Positions 40,152 through 48,120 of a DNA stretch of 64,000 nt are shown piece by piece (the stretch's first letter is position 1; the number at the start of each line of letters is the position of its first letter). Source of the stretch: an uncultured Bacteroides sp. (lineage in GTDB: Bacteria; Bacteroidota; Bacteroidia; Bacteroidales; GCA-2748055); contig CAYWGP010000245.1 of assembly GCA_964458155.1 (NCBI GenBank), positions 2,521 to 66,520 of the forward strand, read 5' to 3'. A program made the translations under genes and the position numbers. Under the pieces are notes generated by a model. That model ran no database searches, was not told the origin of the DNA, and worked only from the letters and a program-made list of their open reading frames with translations.

Positions 40152-41153
40152 TTATAAATGAAGACCCTTTGATATATCCAACATTCTCACTATTGAACCT
40201 CTTGCTCTATCCATCAAATCCTGTTCCAAAGTTATTTCAGGAAGCTCATACTTCAAAGTATTATAGATCTTTTTAACTGTTATCATCTTCATAAACTTGC
40301 AATCGTTGCAGGCACAGGTTGAATCCTTGGGTGGTGCAGGAATAAATACTTTATCCGGACTGGACTTTTTCATCTGATGTAGTATACCTGATTCTGTTGC
40401 AACAATAAATGAGTTGCCGGGATTCTGAATCGTATAATTTAGCAGGGATGTGGTAGATCCAATATGATCAGCTACAATCAGAATTTGTTTTTCACACTCA
40501 GGGTGTGCAATTATTTGAGCATCAGGATGTTCCTTTTTAAGCTCAAGGATCCTTTCCAGGCTGAACTCCTCATGCACATGACATGCTCCATCCCAGATAA
40601 GCATCTCCCTTCCCGTCATACTATTTATATAGTTACCAAGATTCCGGTCTGGTGCAAATATGATTTTTTCATCTTTGGGAAGACTCTCCACTATCTGAAG
40701 TGCATTGGTTGAGGTGCAGATTATGTCCGTAAGTGCCTTGATTTCGGCAGTAGTATTCACATAAGAAATCACGGTATATTTCGGATGTTTCTCTTTAAAA
40801 ACCGCAAACTCTTCCGGGGGACAAGAATCAGCAAGGGAACAGCCAGCCTGCAGATCCGGTATCAGGACCTTCTTATCCGGTGCCAGTATTTTAGCAGTTT
40901 CAGCCATAAAATGAACTCCTGCAAATAGAATAATATCAGCTTCTGTTGCAGCTGCCTGCTGTGATAATCCAAGGCTGTCTCCAACAAAATCTGCTATATC
41001 CTGTATTTCTCCCTCCTGGTAAAAATGAGCAAGGATCACCGCATTCTTTTCTGAACGCATACGATTGATCTCGTCAACAATATTTAAGGACTTATCCACA
41101 TCAAGGTCAATAAATCCTTTTTTTTCAATATCCGTTTTATTCACAATATTCAT
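40152..41153 (-). CDS. nadA: Quinolinate synthase
   Basis: [35 protein letters not shown], and Cys ligands spaced as in NadA. Confidence 0.93.
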   Translation of the reverse strand: MNIVNKTDIEKKGFIDLDVDKSLNIVDEINRMRSEKNAVILAHFYQEGEIQDIADFVGDSLGLSQQAAATEADIILFAGVHFMAETAKILAPDKKVLIPDLQAGCSLADSCPPEEFAVFKEKHPKYTVISYVNTTAEIKALTDIICTSTNALQIVESLPKDEKIIFAPDRNLGNYINSMTGREMLIWDGACHVHEEFSLERILELKKEHPDAQIIAHPECEKQILIVADHIGSTTSLLNYTIQNPGNSFIVATESGILHQMKKSSPDKVFIPAPPKDSTCACNDCKFMKMITVKKIYNTLKYELPEITLEQDLMDRARGSIVRMLDISKGLHL

Positions 41154-41237
41154 CTTATATATATATTATCATATTAAATTATAAATCTTACTAATGATGA
41201 TGATAGGCGGTTGATTCTGTTTTAAAAAAACAGAGCT

Positions 41238-41245
41238 TATCTTTG
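41238..41245 (+). promoter_or_regulatory. Candidate -7 box TAnnTTTG, about 280 nt upstream of rpiB
   Basis: TATCTTTG is an exact consensus match, immediately downstream of an 8-bp A/T-rich hairpin-forming palindrome (41216-41234). A near-match, TATCTTTC, lies at 41408-41415. Confidence 0.3.
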
Positions 41246-41266
41246 CATATTCAATTATTGAAAGGT

Positions 41267-41514
41267 TTAACACACTCTATTAACAACCGGAATAATTGTT
41301 AAGTTTTGAATACAGGCACTTTACAAAAAAACTTAACAACTGTTAACATTAGTACGATTTAATAAAAATATGCCCGGAACAAAGATAAGGACTGTTGACA
41401 ATCTGTTTATCTTTCAAGCCAAAGTTAGTGTATTTCGCGGGTTCGGAGTAAGACCGGATAAAAGCCTGTGGTTTTTAAAAACAATGAACAACAAATTAAC
41501 ACCTGAATTGTTAA
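41267..41514. promoter_or_regulatory. Cluster of seven TTAACA/TGTTAA hexamers (candidate operator array or leader motif)
   Basis: TTAACA occurs at 41267, 41280, 41333, 41343 and 41496. Its reverse complement TGTTAA occurs at 41297 and 41509. They form two inverted-repeat pairs (41280-41302 and 41496-41514) and one direct pair spaced 10 bp apart (41333-41348). Confidence 0.4.
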
Positions 41515-41525
41515 AAAGATAGAAT

Positions 41526-41966
41526 ATGAAGAAGACCCTGGCCGTCGCATCGGATCACGCCGGATACCTGATGAAACTTGGCTTAATTAAGTACCTGGAA
41601 AAGAAAGGCTATGAGCTAAAAGATTTTGGTACAGACTCCACGGATGCTGTTAATTATCCTGATTTTGGTCACCCCCTTGCCAGGGCGGTTGAATCCGGCG
41701 AATATGCTATGGGAATATCTCTTTGCGGAAGCGGAAACGGTATCAATATGGTCACTAATAAACATCAGGAGATAAGAGGCGCGTTGTGCTGGAACGCAGA
41801 AATTGCCAGATTAGCCCGTTTACATAATGATGCAAATATATGCTCTATTCCAGCCCGGTTTATCGATGAGGAAATGGCCATTGAAATAGTGAAAGCCTTT
41901 CTTGAAACAGCATACGAAGGGGGAAGACACGATATCAGAATCAAAAATATACCTATCAGACAGTGA
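41526..41966 (+). CDS. rpiB: Ribose-5-phosphate isomerase B
   Basis: ASDHAGY, the catalytic-Cys motif CGSGNGINM, and ARLHNDANI. Confidence 0.92.
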   Translation: MKKTLAVASDHAGYLMKLGLIKYLEKKGYELKDFGTDSTDAVNYPDFGHPLARAVESGEYAMGISLCGSGNGINMVTNKHQEIRGALCWNAEIARLARLHNDANICSIPARFIDEEMAIEIVKAFLETAYEGGRHDIRIKNIPIRQ

Positions 41967-41969
41967 GCT

Positions 41970-42401
41970 ATGATCTCTAATACCAGCAAATATGCCATCA
42001 GGGCCATGATTTATCTGGAGCTTTATTCTTCTCCGGAGAAAAAAGCGGGCATAAAAAAGATAGCTGAAGACCTGGAAATTCCCTCTCCCTTTCTGGGGAA
42101 AATATTACAGGTCCTGGTCAGACAGCAGTTACTGGCATCCTCTAAAGGTCCGCACGGGGGTTTCTATTTAAACAAGCCTGCCATTGACATAACGGTAATG
42201 GAGATCATTGAGATTATGGATGGGAAGGATATACTGAATGATTGTGTAATCAGAACCGAACCATGTGATCATGAGCGGCCCTGCAGCATGCATCACAAAC
42301 TCGCCCCCCTAAGGCGTGAGATAAAAAGGCTTTTTAGCACAGAAACCATAGCCGACCTGGTGTCTGAATTCAGGGAAGGAAAAGAGAGAATCAGGATTTA
42401 A
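41970..42401 (+). CDS. Rrf2 family transcriptional regulator with IscR-like cluster ligands
   Basis: N-terminal wHTH (SKYAIRAMIYLE…IAEDLEIPSPFLGKILQVL). C92-x6-C99-x5-C105-x2-H108 mirrors the IscR ligands C92/C98/C104/H107. Confidence 0.88.
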   Translation: MISNTSKYAIRAMIYLELYSSPEKKAGIKKIAEDLEIPSPFLGKILQVLVRQQLLASSKGPHGGFYLNKPAIDITVMEIIEIMDGKDILNDCVIRTEPCDHERPCSMHHKLAPLRREIKRLFSTETIADLVSEFREGKERIRI

Positions 42402-42783
42402 GAAAGTGGAATATTCGAAATCCGCCAATTAAACGGAAAGCCAGATAACCGGCCAGAAGTCCGAGAGAATTAGCCAGCAGATCGGTCCATTCGGCAGCAC
42501 GGCTTTGCACAACAGTTGCCTGCAAGATCTCAATTAGCGCGCTTGCCACCAGGATGCCCAGGATTATAATTATGTAATATACTGTGCATTGACGCGAACA
42601 CCGGCTTTCCATCAGAGCCACAAAACAGAGGGAACCATACATGGCACAATGTGCAATTTTATCAATATAGGGGATGGAATAAAGAACCGAATCAGGAAGG
42701 CGGCTACTTGGTGCCAGGCTTAACAAAGCAATTACAAGAGCCAGCAGGATGGAAAATTTATATTGGAACATGTACCTTAGCAT
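42391..42783 (-). CDS. VanZ family membrane protein
   Basis: DKIAHCAMYGSL and EILQ…R…DLLANSLGLLAGY match the VanZ-like pattern. Four TM helices. Confidence 0.65.
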   Translation of the reverse strand: MLRYMFQYKFSILLALVIALLSLAPSSRLPDSVLYSIPYIDKIAHCAMYGSLCFVALMESRCSRQCTVYYIIIILGILVASALIEILQATVVQSRAAEWTDLLANSLGLLAGYLAFRLIGGFRIFHFLKS

Positions 42784-42831
42784 ATCCGGAAGGCATTATT
42801 AAGCCTGCACAAAGATGATAAATATTTTAGA

Positions 42832-45800
42832 ATGAAGACAGATGAGCTGCTATCTTTCCTTCAGGGAGAGAAGGTAGAAACCTGGTTTGACCTGGGACTA
42901 TTCCTGGATCGTTTCAAGGAGGAGCGGGCATATCCGTCCATCCAGCGGGAGGGAACAATTGATGATTTCAAAGAGGAGTTAAGAACCGGAGGAGTCGCAA
43001 TGTTAACCTTCCACTATATGGTGGATGGGGTGACCAATGAGGCTGCTAAGTATGCTTCCCTCTTAAGACGTAATATGCCGGGGATCCCTGTGCACTATAT
43101 TGCCGGAAACATTCATTCAAAAACAGCCCCGTTTATTCAGCAGGATTATATAAAAAAAGTAATCCCCGAGCTGGCCGGATTTAATGAGTGGGAGCTGTAT
43201 AATGATTTCTATTTTACAAAACTTGAACGCGGAGGACAGGTTTACAATGATCTTATAAGGAAACTTTGGAATCAAACCCTGGACATTGTGGAAAAACTGG
43301 GCCGTTATATAGAGGAGCAGGGGATAAACCTGCTCTATATTATTAATGTATGCTCAAACCCCGGAAATGTAGCCTACGCCCTGGCCCTGGTTTTGATATC
43401 GGAATACATGAAAATTCCGGTTATCAATAATAACCATGATTTTTACTGGGAGGGTGGTATGTGTGTGGGCGACCGTTTAAAAGCCGGAAACAGACCCGGA
43501 CCCCGCGATTTCTTCTTTATAAATTGTCACCTGGGAGAGGTTTTCTCTCTCTTTAATTTGCTCTATCCCTGGCAATCCCGCGCATGGATAAATGTAAATA
43601 TAAACAGGGCACAAAGCGAGCACCTGGTTCGGCTGAATGGTCACAATCCGGCCAACGTCATGGAGATCGGGACCGCTGTGGACACGACCCTTTATACCAA
43701 GAGCGATAAGCGCAAAAACATTAACACTTTCGTGCAACTGGAAAGCATTCTTTCACGATATGCTAAGAAGCTATGGAGTTATTCGGTTGATGAGGTACTT
43801 GCACGGGAATTGGTCAGCGAAAAAAACCCCGGTGCCATTCTGATTGGGGAGAGCACCGGGGAAGTGGATCATTTTATCGGGGAGAATATCATTCTGCTGC
43901 AGCCCACCAGGATCATTTCCAGAAAGAGGATAGAAACCTCTTTCAAACTCTTGCTTAAAATGTTCCAGGAGGAGGAAATGAGAAAGCAGTTCAGGAAGAC
44001 TTCAAACCTGAAAGTGACCCTGATTATTACCGGGCCTATTGCTGCAGGTCATTACGGGTATTTCAAAAAATTAATAGAACGGTTCAGGGAGCTTCTTGAG
44101 GAGGCAGATCCCGAGCTAAAGAAAAGAGTTTACCTGGCCCTGTTATTCGGAGAGCTTGATCGTGATGCGTTTAAAGAGAAATATGATGACCCCGCAGGTA
44201 TTGCGGAGCTCTATAATATTTCCTCTCTGGTGCTTTTGCCCAGCAAAACAGAGGGCCGGGGCCTTCCCATTATTGAAGCAACGGCCTGCGGAACGCCCAT
44301 ATTTTGCAGGAGGTATGAACCGGAGAAGGTTTATTCGGAAGTAATTGGCGAACAACTGGAGGAGCGGGACCGCCTGAGGGTTCTTGAGTTTAAGGGAAAA
44401 AGAATCTCCCATGGAATGGTAAAACGAATTACAGACCGGATCTTTTTCCCCCACCGTTATACCGACGAGATAAGGCATAATCAGCGGGTTGTATACAAGC
44501 GATACAGCTTGGATGCACTCAACGAGAACCTGTATCAAATTCTGCAGCGCCTGTACCAGCAGTTAAGGGGAAATGAAAAAATCCTGAGAATTGTTCGCGA
44601 AAGCCTGGATGATTACAGGGAAATGGTTGGTAGTTCAGATGAAAACCTTCAGGCATTATTGGATACCAGACACAGGCAATATCTGCCAGGCTATTCCAGG
44701 CTTTCATTTATGTTTATGTTGAAATCCCTTATTGATCCCAGTTATTTTCGCGTGGAGCAGCAGCGTATAAGGGGAATGGCCTTTGATTTTTCCCGGAGCA
44801 TTGTAAGCAATGATCCTGATTCAGGTTTTATCCCTGAAAAAATCATTAACCGCTTCTATAATGCGGTGGAAACCCTGTTTGAATACAGAAAGGGAAACAA
44901 TAAGATCCAGCATGACCACTCCATGTCCTACAGGCATCGCAACAACTATCACTATCCCTACCAGGACTATACTTTTCAGGAGCTGACCGGCCTGATCAAC
45001 CTGCTTTATATTGGCATTGTTCAGCCGACACCCATAAATAAAGTAGACCTGAGCCCGCAATTTTTCACTGACTGGAACCTGGCTTTGTTGCAGCTGACAG
45101 GAAGCTCTTCCCTGGCCATTGATAACAGAAAAAGGCTCATAGAACGTATCCGGGAGAACAGGCCCATTGCCTTTTTCCCTGGAGCTTATATTATGTACGA
45201 ACTGGAATTTTTTGCCCTTCAATCCATACGCTTCAGAATGAAGATTCCGCTGGAGCTTACAATTACCAGGGAGCTCCTTGAAAAAGAGGCTGCAGAATTG
45301 CAGCCGGTCTACATCTTTGCACAGGAGAAAAATCTTGGAAAGCAACTTAATAAAGATGAGATCACCGACTATATTATTAATGGTATATCTGAAGAGCTGA
45401 GGCTGCTCTACGAGTTTAATGTAATCCAGATTATTCGGACCAAACAGGTATGTGTTGGTATTCATTTTCCCCAACTGGGAAGCTCGGCTCTGAAGGTATT
45501 GAGAATGATCAGGGAACAGGGCGGTTATATACTGACCAACAGAAGTAATGCTTCCATGATGACCGATCTGGTTGATATGGACCGCTTTCATATCGGAAAG
45601 GTTCCCAATGAGTTTACAGCCCATATGATGGGAATTCCGGTTTCGAGCGGCTATATACAATATGTACCGGCAGGAGTGAGGGCTTCCCTGAGTTATCCGA
45701 CCCCGGTTCAGACGGCAAAAGATTTTGACAGGAGTATGAAAAGCGATCTTTTTAAACGCCTTGTTAAAAAGCTGGGTGAGGAAAAAGTACTGTCAGCCAT

Positions 45801-46989
45801 CCGGGAGGATGCCGCGCTCCATGGCAGCCCCCTGAAACATGTTCTGAACCAGCTGGATAAGGAAGAGAAAAAGGACGGGCCCCTGTCTTTTGAGTTTCTG
45901 AGCGGCACCTATAGCGACGGCATGCCATATACTGGTGCCCTTGCAAGACTTAATTATAAAAGAGAAAAATGGGACTTTAGAGCCCTTTCCTCCCCGGGTA
46001 AACCCAGGACCGTGAGCCAGTTTGTCAGTGATTTTAAGATACAATCTGGAATTGAGGCACATATTGCATGGAATGGTGGTTATGTACTAAACCCGGAACT
46101 GATAGGAAAGCTCGGATTGCCCGAAACTTATATTGGTTCCCCCCTGGGGCTTTTGATAAGCGAAGGAATCATGAGTTCACCTCCACTGTTCAACAAACCC
46201 GCCCTTTTGATTTATAAAGACGGAAGCATTGATATTCAAAGAGTCTCCTGCAAAGAAGGATTAAGGCTGGGCTGGAGGGGGCAAAAAATTACATTTGCCA
46301 GGAGCGCATATAACAACAATGGAAAAGGGAACATTTCTGCATATTTTGATTTGCTTTGCCCTGGCGAAAGCATCGAAGCTGAAGGGAGAACCATCATCCG
46401 CATATCAGGGAATGTGGTAAAGGAAGTGTTGCAAACAGCCGGAGGAGAAAAGGCGTCCATTGTGCCTGTCGGGCTTACACTGGCTCTGAACCCGGCCCAT
46501 GTTCCGGAAGGATTAAAAGCCGGAGCGGTTGTGGACCTGATGGTTCCCGGACTGGAAGAGGTTAAACATGCTGTGGAAGCCGGACCTCTTTTACTGGACG
46601 GAGGTAAATGTATAATTGACTTGGATCTGGAGGGCTGGAAGAGTAGATCTTCCATTCGCACGCAGGCTGCAAGGCTTGATTTTACGGATATGCGCGGACC
46701 TAAAATTGCAGTGGGAATCAATAAACAAAACGAACTGGCTGTGCTGACCATTAACGGTAGAATCAGGGAATCTGTGGGGGCTACCCACCAGGACATGGCC
46801 GAAGTCCTGAAAAAATACGGTATGGATAAAGCCATGGGATTTGATCCCGGCGGCAGCAGCACCCTGGTGGTTGGTGGCACAACTTTGAATATATCTCCAT
46901 ATAATAGCAACTATGAGACAGATGCCTACGCACTTCCCCCGGAACCGCGGGCAGTTTCAAATGCCTTTATCGGGTTTATAGAGGAGTAA
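42832..46989 (+). CDS. Large multidomain protein: atypical GT4 glycosyltransferase (N-terminus) + unassigned middle region + phosphodiester glycosidase/DUF2233-like domain (C-terminus)
   Basis: One uninterrupted 1385-codon ORF with no signal peptide. GT-B/GT4 signature: SKTEGRGLPIIEATACGTPIF. C-terminal NAGPA/DUF2233-type motifs: WNGGYVLNPE, SPLGLLISEG, GPLLLDGG, RTQAARL…, GATHQDMAEVLKKYGMDKAMGFDPGGSSTLV. Confidence 0.8.
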   Translation: MKTDELLSFLQGEKVETWFDLGLFLDRFKEERAYPSIQREGTIDDFKEELRTGGVAMLTFHYMVDGVTNEAAKYASLLRRNMPGIPVHYIAGNIHSKTAPFIQQDYIKKVIPELAGFNEWELYNDFYFTKLERGGQVYNDLIRKLWNQTLDIVEKLGRYIEEQGINLLYIINVCSNPGNVAYALALVLISEYMKIPVINNNHDFYWEGGMCVGDRLKAGNRPGPRDFFFINCHLGEVFSLFNLLYPWQSRAWINVNINRAQSEHLVRLNGHNPANVMEIGTAVDTTLYTKSDKRKNINTFVQLESILSRYAKKLWSYSVDEVLARELVSEKNPGAILIGESTGEVDHFIGENIILLQPTRIISRKRIETSFKLLLKMFQEEEMRKQFRKTSNLKVTLIITGPIAAGHYGYFKKLIERFRELLEEADPELKKRVYLALLFGELDRDAFKEKYDDPAGIAELYNISSLVLLPSKTEGRGLPIIEATACGTPIFCRRYEPEKVYSEVIGEQLEERDRLRVLEFKGKRISHGMVKRITDRIFFPHRYTDEIRHNQRVVYKRYSLDALNENLYQILQRLYQQLRGNEKILRIVRESLDDYREMVGSSDENLQALLDTRHRQYLPGYSRLSFMFMLKSLIDPSYFRVEQQRIRGMAFDFSRSIVSNDPDSGFIPEKIINRFYNAVETLFEYRKGNNKIQHDHSMSYRHRNNYHYPYQDYTFQELTGLINLLYIGIVQPTPINKVDLSPQFFTDWNLALLQLTGSSSLAIDNRKRLIERIRENRPIAFFPGAYIMYELEFFALQSIRFRMKIPLELTITRELLEKEAAELQPVYIFAQEKNLGKQLNKDEITDYIINGISEELRLLYEFNVIQIIRTKQVCVGIHFPQLGSSALKVLRMIREQGGYILTNRSNASMMTDLVDMDRFHIGKVPNEFTAHMMGIPVSSGYIQYVPAGVRASLSYPTPVQTAKDFDRSMKSDLFKRLVKKLGEEKVLSAIREDAALHGSPLKHVLNQLDKEEKKDGPLSFEFLSGTYSDGMPYTGALARLNYKREKWDFRALSSPGKPRTVSQFVSDFKIQSGIEAHIAWNGGYVLNPELIGKLGLPETYIGSPLGLLISEGIMSSPPLFNKPALLIYKDGSIDIQRVSCKEGLRLGWRGQKITFARSAYNNNGKGNISAYFDLLCPGESIEAEGRTIIRISGNVVKEVLQTAGGEKASIVPVGLTLALNPAHVPEGLKAGAVVDLMVPGLEEVKHAVEAGPLLLDGGKCIIDLDLEGWKSRSSIRTQAARLDFTDMRGPKIAVGINKQNELAVLTINGRIRESVGATHQDMAEVLKKYGMDKAMGFDPGGSSTLVVGGTTLNISPYNSNYETDAYALPPEPRAVSNAFIGFIEE

Positions 46990-46992
46990 GAG

Positions 46993-48120
46993 ATGAAGGG
47001 AATTTACATCCATATACCCTTCTGCCGCCAGGCATGCAGATATTGTGACTTCTACTTTTCAGTGAGTCTTAAATATTTGGACAAGTTTGTAGATGCGCTG
47101 GTGGAAGAGATCAGGCTTAAGGGAAAAACAAGTCCCGGCCGTTCACTGGAAACCCTCTACCTGGGAGGTGGAACTCCGTCCCTTTTATCCGCATCCCACC
47201 TGGAAAGAATATTTTCGGCCCTTCACAGCTACAATTCATTTAAGAAGCACAGCGAATGGACCATTGAATGCAATCCCGACGATCTGAGCCCGGGCCTGCT
47301 AAAAAAACTTCGGGAAACAGGCTTTAATCGTCTGAGCATCGGAATTCAGTCATTTCATGAAAAAGATCTGGAGATCATGCGCCGTTCCCACAATGCCAGG
47401 CAGGCCCAAACATCGGTCCTCCTGGCCAGATCAGGGGGATTTGATCTTATAAGCATGGACCTGATCTTTGGAATACCCGGACAATCCCTTTCGGAGTGGG
47501 AGGAAAATATTAACCAGGCCCTCTCCCTTCCAATATCTCACCTTTCGGCCTATCATCTGACTTTTGAGCCAGGAACTGTATTTGATCACTGGAGGAAGAA
47601 GGGAAGACTGCTACCCACACCTGAGGAAGAAAGCATAGAGCAATACAGGATACTGAGAGAGAAGATGCACGGGGCAGGCTTTGATCATTATGAGTTGTCT
47701 AATTTTGGCCGGGAGGGTATGGTATCCAAACACAACATGCTCTACTGGTCGGGCAAAACCTATCAGGGCTTTGGCCCTTCGGCCCATTCCTTTGACGGAG
47801 AAAGACGAAGCTGGAATGTCTCCTCATTAAAAACATATATGGAACTCCTGGCATCTGGAAAAGAGATCCATGCAACTGAAGAGCTCACAAGCCATGAGCG
47901 CTACAACGATTATCTGATTACTTCCCTGAGGACCAGGTGGGGAGCAGATCCCGACTATATTGAGAAGAGCTTCGGAGCCCTGTACCGCAGGCATTTCGAA
48001 AAACAGGCACAGGTATTTATTGAATCAGGGAGCATGTTGCACGCCTCCGGATCCCTGATCATCGAGCCAGGCCAATGGATGATTACCGATCATATTCTCA
48101 GGGCCCTGTTTATAGTTTAG
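46993..48120 (+). CDS. hemW: Radical SAM heme chaperone HemW (HemN-like)
   Basis: YIHIPFCRQACRYCDFY (CxxxCxxC), GGGTPS, and the C-terminal HemN_C-like region. Confidence 0.9.
   Translation: MKGIYIHIPFCRQACRYCDFYFSVSLKYLDKFVDALVEEIRLKGKTSPGRSLETLYLGGGTPSLLSASHLERIFSALHSYNSFKKHSEWTIECNPDDLSPGLLKKLRETGFNRLSIGIQSFHEKDLEIMRRSHNARQAQTSVLLARSGGFDLISMDLIFGIPGQSLSEWEENINQALSLPISHLSAYHLTFEPGTVFDHWRKKGRLLPTPEEESIEQYRILREKMHGAGFDHYELSNFGREGMVSKHNMLYWSGKTYQGFGPSAHSFDGERRSWNVSSLKTYMELLASGKEIHATEELTSHERYNDYLITSLRTRWGADPDYIEKSFGALYRRHFEKQAQVFIESGSMLHASGSLIIEPGQWMITDHILRALFIV

Noticed and set aside
41370-41522. A 50-codon ORF (MPGTKIRTVDNLFIFQAKVSVFRGFGVRPDKSLWFLKTMNNKLTPELLKR) ending 3 nt before rpiB
   Set aside because: It has no recognisable motif or hydrophobic segment and an odd composition. 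Its only support is position. I mention it under the intergenic-region finding but do not call it a gene.
44821-45660. A 279-aa antisense ORF inside the giant glycosyltransferase gene. Similar cases are 46236-46910 (224 aa) and 52607-53395 (262 aa, antisense to czcD).
   Set aside because: Their composition is not protein-like (Cys/His/Asn-rich with no motifs). They overlap strongly supported genes on the other strand and have no promoter-like box upstream. They are most likely chance open frames.
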